From an uncultured Candidatus Sumerlaeota bacterium (GTDB taxonomy: Bacteria; CAYMEV01): DNA of 64,000 bases. The DNA is taken from positions 1 through 64,000 of the forward strand of contig CAYMEV010000018.1 in assembly GCA_964389675.1 (NCBI GenBank), read 5' to 3'. The notes beneath the pieces were generated by a model. That model did not search any database and was not told where the DNA came from. It saw only the letters and a program-made list of their open reading frames with translations. Within the stretch, counting starts at the first letter, position 1; every line of letters starts with the position of its first letter. The translations under genes were made by a program, and so were the position numbers. Positions 21,528 to 29,745 of this stretch are shown here, one piece after another.

Positions 21528-22582
21528 AGCGATGCAAGCTTCCTGATCATTTCAGACGCCCTCTTTCTCTGCTCATCCATTGAAAAATAGCCAAGCCTCC
21601 TGTTCTGGGAGGATATTACCGTATCAGCAAGGCCTTTTTCCGTCTTGATCCTGTATATAAGCTCGGCTATCTCGTGGAATTTTTTCTCTTTAAGCAGAAT
21701 GCCCCCCTCGCCCATAGTTTCCGAAACTGCTCCTGCATCATATGCAATAACGGGGATCTGCGAATAAAAACCCTCAAGCACCGGCACACAGAATCCCTCA
21801 TGCTCGCTTAAGGATAAAAGCACCGTTGAATATCTCAGAAAGGTGGAAAGCTCCCTTTCAGATACCTTTCCTGTAAATACGATATCAGTCAGCCCCCAGG
21901 CTGATGCAAGCCGTACAAGAGCATTGTAATAATATTTATGGTCATTTATCTTGCCTGCTATCCAGAGCCTGCTCTTCGGGTAGAGCTTCAGCTTCAGAGG
22001 ATTAAATGCCCTTATTGCATCCTCTATCCTCTTGTTTGGAGCCACACGCCCGAGGACAAGCACATTCAGATAATCCCCGAGGTGCCTTGCAAGGCATCTT
22101 TTAGGGGGCCTGTCAAGCCTGGAAAAATCAATGAAGACAGGATAGACCTCCACATTCTCATACCCGTAGGAGCATAGAACCTCCATATTATAGGTGGAAT
22201 CGGCTATGGCAAGGTCAATATGGCCTTTTAGGGATTCTATCTCCTTATAGCCGAGAGTGATAATATTATAAAAGCGCTCGTCAATATCCTTAAAATAGGA
22301 TGCAGGCGTAATATTGTGGAATACAAGCACCTTCCTGCCTTTCAGCCCTGTGAACCTGGCAGTTACCTCAGAAGGGAGGGCATAATGAAGTATATGTATA
22401 TCATCCTCTCCGTCATCAATATCATCAAGGCCCCTTATTTCAATATTTGCATCAGGGTCGCTATTGAGTGCATAGACACTGTTTTTTATGCCGGATTCAC
22501 TTAAAAACCTGGAAAAGAGGATTATGGATTCGCCAATTGCATCATTCCTGTGGAGTACCGGTATGAACTGATTAATTTGCAT
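21524..22582 (-). CDS. Glycosyltransferase family 4
   Basis: DAIG, FHNITP, GRVAPNK, SEHEGFCVPVLE. Confidence 0.9.
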   Translation of the reverse strand: MQINQFIPVLHRNDAIGESIILFSRFLSESGIKNSVYALNSDPDANIEIRGLDDIDDGEDDIHILHYALPSEVTARFTGLKGRKVLVFHNITPASYFKDIDERFYNIITLGYKEIESLKGHIDLAIADSTYNMEVLCSYGYENVEVYPVFIDFSRLDRPPKRCLARHLGDYLNVLVLGRVAPNKRIEDAIRAFNPLKLKLYPKSRLWIAGKINDHKYYYNALVRLASAWGLTDIVFTGKVSERELSTFLRYSTVLLSLSEHEGFCVPVLEGFYSQIPVIAYDAGAVSETMGEGGILLKEKKFHEIAELIYRIKTEKGLADTVISSQNRRLGYFSMDEQRKRASEMIRKLASL

Positions 22583-23645
22583 CTAATCTATCCAGATATC
22601 CTTTCAGTATCTTTGAGAGGTCTTTTTTTAAGTATTCCCTGTACCACCTGTCCTGGTTTGCTACAATGCTTTTTTTAAGCTCATTGTCCCTGCAGATCCT
22701 GTCAATCAGGAAGGCTGTCTTTAAGTGGTCTCTCTCATCAAGGAGCACCCCCCCGTAACCCATGGTATATTTAAGCGCGCAGTCCCCTACTGAAACAACA
22801 GGGATGCCGGCTGTCATAGCCTCCATCACGGGCGCGCAGAAACCTTCATGAGCGCTCAGGCACAGGAATATATCGGCTGAGCGGTAGACTGAGACCCACT
22901 GCCTCGCATCCGTAAAGCCTGTAAATACCACATCATCCAGCCCCAGCCTGTTTATCATGGAGAGTATGCTCAGATAGTAATGGGAAAAAAGCCCCTCCTT
23001 ATCCCCCATCAGTATAAGCCTTGACTGAGGGTTCAGGGTCTTCTTATAGTGGTAGAAGACCTTTATGAGGTCCTCTATCCTTTTCTGGGGCGAGATCTTG
23101 CCTGTAAAGAGAATATTTACCCTGCCGTCATCAAACATCTTCTTGTATATCCTGCATGGTCTTACCGCAAAAAGGTCTTCCCAGTTGATCGTAAGGGGAA
23201 GAAGGCAGGCATTTTCAAAGCCTGCTTCGGCCAGTTCTTCCCTGTTATACTCAGAATCGGCAAGGTAAAGGTCAAATTTGCCCTTCAGCGAAAGAAGCTC
23301 ATCTCTTCCCTTCTTCACCTCCCTGTAGAGTATCCTGCTGTACATCCTGAAATATTCAGGGGGAGTGATATTGTGGTATATCATTATCTTCTTCTGGGGG
23401 AGCCCGAGTATATAATCAGTTATCTTTGATCCTATTGAAAAATGATAGATGATAGTATCATCCTCATTTTTCATATTGTCATATTTCCTGTAATACAGTG
23501 CCTTATCCATGGTATCATTATGGAAGAATTCGCAGAAGATAAGGCTTCTTTCCCCCCATGATTCTATGATCCGGTGAATATGCCATGTGTAGCTGCCGAT
23601 GGCATCACCCATTCTGAATGCAGGCAGGAACTGAACTATTGCCAT
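22572..23645 (-). CDS. Glycosyltransferase family 4 (paralogue of 21524-22582)
   Basis: GDAIG, YHNITPP, SAHEGFCAPVMEA. Start placed at ATG 23645 (MAIVQFLP) by alignment with the paralogue. Confidence 0.9.
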   Translation of the reverse strand: MAIVQFLPAFRMGDAIGSYTWHIHRIIESWGERSLIFCEFFHNDTMDKALYYRKYDNMKNEDDTIIYHFSIGSKITDYILGLPQKKIMIYHNITPPEYFRMYSRILYREVKKGRDELLSLKGKFDLYLADSEYNREELAEAGFENACLLPLTINWEDLFAVRPCRIYKKMFDDGRVNILFTGKISPQKRIEDLIKVFYHYKKTLNPQSRLILMGDKEGLFSHYYLSILSMINRLGLDDVVFTGFTDARQWVSVYRSADIFLCLSAHEGFCAPVMEAMTAGIPVVSVGDCALKYTMGYGGVLLDERDHLKTAFLIDRICRDNELKKSIVANQDRWYREYLKKDLSKILKGYLDRLDAN

Positions 23646-23802
23646 AATACCTTCCAGAAAAATATTTTCATCAAGACAATGCTGGAATATATAATCTTTA
23701 TCAATAATTTTCAATATAATTATTATCGCTTAAAAATGCTTGAAATTTTTGTATTATGGGCTTATCTTTATTGTAGTATATAAAATTGACAGGAGTTATA
23801 AA

Positions 23803-24906
23803 ATGAAACTGAATAAAGGCAATAAGGCTTTTTCACTGGTTGAACTGCTGATAAGCATTCTTCTTTTCGGGATCATATCAGCATCCATTATGATCACCAT
23901 GTCAACATCCTTCAGGACAGCAATGGTGTCAAAAAATGTCAATGACATGACACAGAGCACCAACAGCATATTTGAATCCATCAAGAAGGATATTGAGCTT
24001 GCCGGAACATTTGTCATGGGAGGGATGAACATACCCAATAATAACCCTACACGTGTTATAGGCGGGTTTGACAATGCAGGATGCAGGAACAACCTGGTCT
24101 CTGATGTACCTGTATTTGATGTAAGCGGTATCAATCAGCTCGGCGTCATACCAGCCGGGACAGATACCATAGCTTTTGCTTTCATGAGGCCCCAGGAAGA
24201 GATGGGATTAATCGGGTGCGACCCGACTGCAGGCCCAATAGATGCCCCCGTTGAGCTTACAGCGGCTTATGATAATACTGCCGGCATGATGTTCCTGACA
24301 GTCGGAGACAATTCAGAGTTCATATGCCATTTCACGGGCAATACCCAGAGGCCCATTTTGGCTGTTATAATGGACAGGAGCAAGGGAATGCTTTCAGAGA
24401 TATTTTCAGTAAGGAATATGCAGTTAAACAGGATAGACATAGCAAATGACGGTTTCAGCTCGGGCATACTCCTGGATTCATTCGATGCAGGCTCCATGGT
24501 TTACCTTCTTGGCTCAGCCCCAAATACAGGCAAGATAGAGTATTTCATCCTTGAAAGCTCGGATGCAAACCCTGCTGACCCCAATACACCGCTGAGAAGC
24601 CTTGTAAAGAGGGTAAACAACAGGGAGATATTCCCCGTTGCAGATAATATAACAGACCTTCAGCTGACCTATTTCTTCACAAACGGCCTTGCCGGAAACC
24701 AGGTGACAGCCACCCCCGCAGCTGTACAGGTGGACATGACAGTCAGGTCACAGGAAATGATAATCGGCGACCCGGGCTCAGCCCCTGATGTTGACCCTGT
24801 CACGGAGACAGACAGGGCAAGGTATTTCGAACACACCTATACATCCATAATAGCAATGACAGGCACTGTTTACAAGCCTGGATTTGATGTTGTCTATTAT
24901 CCATAA
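23803..24906 (+). CDS. Type IV minor pilin, PilW-like (copy 1)
   Basis: Class III signal NKA|FSLVELLISI after RBS aggag; IKKDIELAG helix and VADNITDLQLTY motif typical of PilW. Confidence 0.8.
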   Translation: MKLNKGNKAFSLVELLISILLFGIISASIMITMSTSFRTAMVSKNVNDMTQSTNSIFESIKKDIELAGTFVMGGMNIPNNNPTRVIGGFDNAGCRNNLVSDVPVFDVSGINQLGVIPAGTDTIAFAFMRPQEEMGLIGCDPTAGPIDAPVELTAAYDNTAGMMFLTVGDNSEFICHFTGNTQRPILAVIMDRSKGMLSEIFSVRNMQLNRIDIANDGFSSGILLDSFDAGSMVYLLGSAPNTGKIEYFILESSDANPADPNTPLRSLVKRVNNREIFPVADNITDLQLTYFFTNGLAGNQVTATPAAVQVDMTVRSQEMIIGDPGSAPDVDPVTETDRARYFEHTYTSIIAMTGTVYKPGFDVVYYP

Positions 24907-24934
24907 GATTGTTTTTAGCATTATCGTAAAACAT

Positions 24935-24966
24935 AAAAAAAGCCGGCAATTTATGCCGGCTTTTTT
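24935..24966. terminator. Bidirectional rho-independent terminator
   Basis: aaaaaaagccggca-attta-tgccggctttttt between convergent genes. Confidence 0.88.
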
Positions 24967-24985
24967 ATTTATTTTATTAGATATG

Positions 24986-27016
24986 CTATATTGCCTGGGT
25001 TAATCTTACCCACTCGAATATCAGTGAACCCTGGTTGGTACCGGGCATGTATTTGGGCTTTATTATGCTCAGCCTCTTGTCAAAGAAATACCTCTCATAC
25101 ATTCCGTCCTGAGTTGACTGATGGATAGTGAATATACCTCCCTCATAGTTGACTACTGAGCCAAGCAGTACCATCATGCCATGTACTGTCTTGTCCCAGT
25201 TGCCGTTATCGAACCCGATCTTTGTACCCTTGGAGTTGCCGACATTTGAATAATACACAATATTTGCATATATCCCCCTGTCCCTGTCCTTCTCTACAGG
25301 ATCTGAGACCTCAAGGCCTGTTGCAAATACAAAGGCATTCACCTCGAACCTGTCATTAAAATTATTTGAAAAATTATAGTGCCTCGGTACAACGAAGGCG
25401 TTCCTGCATATTAGTCCGTTCATGGTGTGAAGGTTTGAAAGAAGGTCATTTGTATAGTCCTCAAGGTTCTCCGGGATGTCAATACCGGAATATGTAAGGT
25501 CCCCTGTTATAAAGATATCATATGAGGATGCTATGGTGAGTATTCCGAAAGTCTCGCCGCTCAGGCCCCTGAATATCTGGTCTTCTATGTAGGATTCCTC
25601 TATCTTTGCAATTCCGTCTCCCGGCTTTTTCCCGAAATCCTGTATTGCAACATACTCACCCGGTGACCTTTCAGCATAGCCTATATTGCCGTCAACATAG
25701 ATTGCAAGCCCACCCTCTCCTATAGCGCCTGAATATTCATGGTGGTTTATATGGTTTGCGGGGATGGCTTTGTTCTTGTAATAATCCCTTGTAATCTTTG
25801 TAATATTTCCGTCTGTATCCCTGAATATCTCTATGACCCATATAAGCAGTTCTGCTGAATTGCTTAAATTGGGCTGTTCAACAGTAAGGACGGTATTCCA
25901 TACCTCATGCCCGTTTCCATCATGGCCTACAAAATCTCCTGACCTGAATGTAAGGGATGAATCGCCGTATATGAATATACCTGAATCCGGGTCATCCGGT
26001 ATAAGTACCCTTTCCGCAGAATCGCTTGCAAATGGCGGTTTCGGGACTGCTGTATCCGGGTCTCCGTCATGGACAAGCGACATAAGGTCAGCGTTCAGTG
26101 TCGGGAAGGGTATATAGTCAGCATCAGTATCTATCTCCGTAGGTGTCCCGCCGAAACCTCCGTATGTGACCCTGTTGTCAGCATCTGCACCTCCGCATAA
26201 TCCGTACCAGTCTGCATTGGGGTTTTCCGGGTGGTCCCAGTCATAGGGGTAGAGCCCTGGCGTAAAATCCCAGTCAGCAATGCCTACGCCGTGGAATGAA
26301 AGGGGTGAAGGCACGGCATCCCTGTAAACTGAGAGTATTGATGCATTTCCGAGGTCACCCCAGTCATTGAATACAGGGTCTTCCGGGTTCAGTACCGACT
26401 GTGTGCCGTCAGCGGTCGTCGATACTGAGTCATTGCAGTGCACCCTCCCGTAAAACCTTGTGGTTGGGATTGGATTTCCCGGCACCTGGCTTACCCAGAA
26501 AGCATTGCTGTTGAAATCATGCAGAAAGTATGCAAACTCTATCTCAGGCGCAACCCTTACCCTTATCCTTATCCTGGATTCATTGACGGGGTTATTGTCA
26601 TCAAGGAGATAGCCCCCAACAACAACCTCGAAATCCTGGGGCAGGTCTCCTGCAACGCCCCCTATCCTCTCAGCTGAAAGTACCCTGAATATGCCTGCGG
26701 TATAGGTGCCTTCTGATGACTGGTAATTGAGAGTGTAATCATTCTGAAGGACAGCGGGGAAGTTTGGGAGCACATCCCCGAGGTCGCCCGTGGATGTCAC
26801 CCATTCAGGCGGGTCTGTAAGCCTCTCGAAAAATGACAGGACCATATTGACCCCTGTCATTGCATGTATATAGCTGACATTGCTGTCCTGGAAGGTGGTG
26901 CTTCTCTGAATCCCGGTATATGAACTGACTATGATCCCGATTGAAAGTACCAGCATGAGTACAAGGACCAGGAGCACAGTGATCAGTGCAAAACCCTTTT
27001 TCTTATCACTATACAT
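24986..27016 (-). CDS. Large PilX-like minor pilin (DUF4900-like), copy 1
   Basis: KKG|FALITVLLVL class III signal without Glu5; A.TG PilX_N-like helix; FAYF..FYGRVHCN; C-terminal LLGSVV..YFFDKRL..P.YMP. Confidence 0.75.
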   Translation of the reverse strand: MYSDKKKGFALITVLLVLVLMLVLSIGIIVSSYTGIQRSTTFQDSNVSYIHAMTGVNMVLSFFERLTDPPEWVTSTGDLGDVLPNFPAVLQNDYTLNYQSSEGTYTAGIFRVLSAERIGGVAGDLPQDFEVVVGGYLLDDNNPVNESRIRIRVRVAPEIEFAYFLHDFNSNAFWVSQVPGNPIPTTRFYGRVHCNDSVSTTADGTQSVLNPEDPVFNDWGDLGNASILSVYRDAVPSPLSFHGVGIADWDFTPGLYPYDWDHPENPNADWYGLCGGADADNRVTYGGFGGTPTEIDTDADYIPFPTLNADLMSLVHDGDPDTAVPKPPFASDSAERVLIPDDPDSGIFIYGDSSLTFRSGDFVGHDGNGHEVWNTVLTVEQPNLSNSAELLIWVIEIFRDTDGNITKITRDYYKNKAIPANHINHHEYSGAIGEGGLAIYVDGNIGYAERSPGEYVAIQDFGKKPGDGIAKIEESYIEDQIFRGLSGETFGILTIASSYDIFITGDLTYSGIDIPENLEDYTNDLLSNLHTMNGLICRNAFVVPRHYNFSNNFNDRFEVNAFVFATGLEVSDPVEKDRDRGIYANIVYYSNVGNSKGTKIGFDNGNWDKTVHGMMVLLGSVVNYEGGIFTIHQSTQDGMYERYFFDKRLSIIKPKYMPGTNQGSLIFEWVRLTQAI

Positions 27017-27049
27017 AAAATTAACCTCCTGTATCAGTTAATAGTTATA

Positions 27050-27541
27050 TTAATAAACCCTCTTATTTACAAAGATTATGCTTGATGTTGTAAATTCGCG
27101 GGACCTTCCCCGCGAGTCATTCCACCTTATTGTCACCCTCAGGATATGCCTTGATGTAAAATCGGCATCAGAGGCCAGCATACGCACATCTATGGCCCTC
27201 TCATATCCTATATACCTCTCGATCAGAGTGCTGTCATCGAGAAGTACATACATCTGGGTATTGGGGACTATGGCCCTTCCATGGGCATTTGTATCCTTGA
27301 TAGGCATGAAGCCCCTTAATATGGCATTTGTAAGGATAGCTGCCTGGACATTGTTAACCGGCTGATTGAAATACTCCACTGTTGATGCTGCAAGTTCAGT
27401 AGCTATGAGCACATCCTGTGATGTCTGGACATTCTGAAGGGACAGCGGAAAAAGAGTTATAACTGCAATAACACCTATGGAGAAGACCAGAATAGCAACA
27501 AGAACCTCCACAAGTGTCAGGGCATTCTTTTTTGATCTCAT
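27050..27541 (-). CDS. Type IV minor pilin, PilV-like (copy 1)
   Basis: KKNA|LTLVEVLVAILVFSIGVIAV and C-terminal RVTIRWND strand. Confidence 0.8.
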   Translation of the reverse strand: MRSKKNALTLVEVLVAILVFSIGVIAVITLFPLSLQNVQTSQDVLIATELAASTVEYFNQPVNNVQAAILTNAILRGFMPIKDTNAHGRAIVPNTQMYVLLDDSTLIERYIGYERAIDVRMLASDADFTSRHILRVTIRWNDSRGRSREFTTSSIIFVNKRVY

Positions 27542-27593
27542 TTAATTTCTCCCTGTAAAAGTAAAATTTTAATAAACAATCCTCTGATAATAA

Positions 27594-27621
27594 AATATAT
27601 ATCAAATCTTATCAATGTCAA
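27594..27621 (-). promoter_or_regulatory. Sigma70-type promoter for pilV1-pilX1
   Basis: Minus strand TTGACA-16 nt-TATATT. Confidence 0.5.
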
Positions 27622-27845
27622 TATTAACCTGTATATAATTATCAGGATAATTTTATCTGAGGCCTTAAATCCTTCATGTTCGGTATTTTAATCATAATAC
27701 CTGTGCAGGGGAACTTAATACCCTGTCATGTGTTTTCCTTGAAAAATAAGATATTTTTATGCAATAAACCTGCAAAATAGTTTGAATTATTTATTTGAGC
27801 ACTGTATATTTATCTATGGAAATAAAAAAACCAGGAGCAAAAAAA

Positions 27846-28967
27846 ATGAAGTTTAATAAAGAATCGGGCTTCAGCCTGATAGAACTGCTTATTTCAATTA
27901 TCCTGTTCGGCTTTATATCGGCAGGGGTCATGATAGCAATGAGGACATCATTCAGGACCACAACAGTGTCACGGAACCTGGATGAGATCGGCATCAATGT
28001 CAGCCAGGCCCTTTCCATTATGAAACACGATATACAGGAAGCAGGCAGATACGTTTCACAGGGCATAGTGATCCCCAATAACCCTGTAAATACCAGTATA
28101 CTATACGGCTTTGACAGGAATGCATGCCATGACGACCTTTCAGCACCAATAAACATATCCACGCTATCAGGCACCCCTCTGGGACAGATACCTGAAGACA
28201 CGGATGTCATAGCATTTGTTACAATGGCCCCTCCTGACCAGCTCGGGCTCATAGGCTGTGACCCTTCCGGCCCTCCGGCAGGCCCCCAGCCAGTTTCTGT
28301 CAACTATATAGCAGGCGCTAATGTAATTGAGGTGGATGACGGGTCGGATTTTGCATGCTATATGGCAAATACTGCACAAAGGCCTGTTTTTGCAATCCTT
28401 TTTACAAGCATATCAAACAATATCTTAAGCGAGATGTTCACCATTGAAAATATCAATGCAAATACACTGGAAATAGCAAATGATACATTCTCAAACGGCA
28501 CATTAAGCAGGGAATACCTTACAAATTCAGCGGTATACCTTATCGGGGCCAATCCTAATGCCTGCAAGATCGAGTATTTTATCCTGGAGAGCAATCAGCC
28601 CAATCCAAAGGACCCCAATACACCGCTGAGGCACCTTGCAAAGAGGATAAACAACAGGGAGGTCTATATTGTCTCAGATAATATAACCAACCTGCAGGCT
28701 GAATATGTAATGTATGACGGAAGCAGGATACAGGATATAGCGTCAGAGCCCCTTAGCAACAGTAATTTCCCTGTTGTCGTTGAGATAATGCTCTCTGTCA
28801 GGTCAGATGATATGGTCAGGGGAAATGAGGATTCACCGGCAGATATTGATCCTGTAACACTGACAGACAGGGCAAGGTATATCGAGGAAACTCACCATAC
28901 CATAATAACCGTAAAGGGAATGACATATAAGCCTACAAACGAGGTTGCAACTCCGTATTATCCATAG
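27846..28967 (+). CDS. Type IV minor pilin, PilW-like (copy 2)
   Basis: ESG|FSLIELLISI after RBS aggag; MKHDIQEAG; clear paralogue of 23803-24906. Confidence 0.8.
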   Translation: MKFNKESGFSLIELLISIILFGFISAGVMIAMRTSFRTTTVSRNLDEIGINVSQALSIMKHDIQEAGRYVSQGIVIPNNPVNTSILYGFDRNACHDDLSAPINISTLSGTPLGQIPEDTDVIAFVTMAPPDQLGLIGCDPSGPPAGPQPVSVNYIAGANVIEVDDGSDFACYMANTAQRPVFAILFTSISNNILSEMFTIENINANTLEIANDTFSNGTLSREYLTNSAVYLIGANPNACKIEYFILESNQPNPKDPNTPLRHLAKRINNREVYIVSDNITNLQAEYVMYDGSRIQDIASEPLSNSNFPVVVEIMLSVRSDDMVRGNEDSPADIDPVTLTDRARYIEETHHTIITVKGMTYKPTNEVATPYYP

Positions 28968-29006
28968 CCCTGTATTTTTTGCTGTTTTGTGAATTAGTTT
29001 GAAATT

Positions 29007-29738
29007 TTATAAGAGCCTGTCCCTTTCGGTATAGGTGTCATCCCTCTTGACAGCCGGCCTTCTTGCAGGCCTTCTTCCCCTGGCAGGCTGTTTTTTTGTT
29101 TCCTTTACAGGTTTTGAGGTTGCTTTTTTTATCATATAGGCACAGAAACCTATGATGATAAGAAATAGCAATATCTGTATGCCTATCGGCAGGGGCCCTC
29201 CCCTTTCCTTCAGCATTATGACTGCAGGGCTTGCAGGCAGGCCGAATGAGGATTCCCGCCCTACAAGGTTCATGGCCTTAATGTAGAAGCGGATCTCTTT
29301 CCCGAGGTAGTATTTTGGTACTGAGACTGTAAAACTCTGCTCATAGATCCTTCTTTCCCCTGACATTATCTCCCTGCGGAGCGACTGGTCCTCTGCACTG
29401 CTTATAATATCATAGGTACTGCCGTCAGGAGTCTGGATATAGAAAAAGCAGTTTGTAAGAAATGGCGAGATGGTTGTAATTATGATCCCTGGCGGTTCTC
29501 CGGAAGGATCGTAGCTGTCAGGATAATCAACGGTAATGTCTATTTTCAGGGGGTCAACATAGGCTTTATCTATCTTTTCTTCTTCTTCACCATCATCATA
29601 AAAGCTTGTCCAGTCATCATCATTGGTATCATCTGCGGTTACGACAGCGCCTTCATCATCAGTGATGACGCCTGAGCATAAAAAAAGCGGGAATAGCAGT
29701 ATAACTGCTATTCCCATCCATATTGCCACTGGTCTCAT
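29007..29738 (-). CDS. Hypothetical exported protein with C-terminal membrane anchor
   Basis: N-terminal signal-like segment, acidic linker, beta-rich domain, TM helix and basic tail; begins 7 nt after the pilX2 stop. Confidence 0.7.
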   Translation of the reverse strand: MRPVAIWMGIAVILLFPLFLCSGVITDDEGAVVTADDTNDDDWTSFYDDGEEEEKIDKAYVDPLKIDITVDYPDSYDPSGEPPGIIITTISPFLTNCFFYIQTPDGSTYDIISSAEDQSLRREIMSGERRIYEQSFTVSVPKYYLGKEIRFYIKAMNLVGRESSFGLPASPAVIMLKERGGPLPIGIQILLFLIIIGFCAYMIKKATSKPVKETKKQPARGRRPARRPAVKRDDTYTERDRLL

Positions 29739-29745
29739 AAAAAAA

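Noticed and set aside
24570-28880. Short exact DNA repeats (gaccccaatacaccgctgag; gacagacagggcaaggtat) as DGR template/variable repeats
   Set aside because: They are conserved codons of the paralogous pilW genes. There is no reverse transcriptase and no adenine-specific variation pattern.
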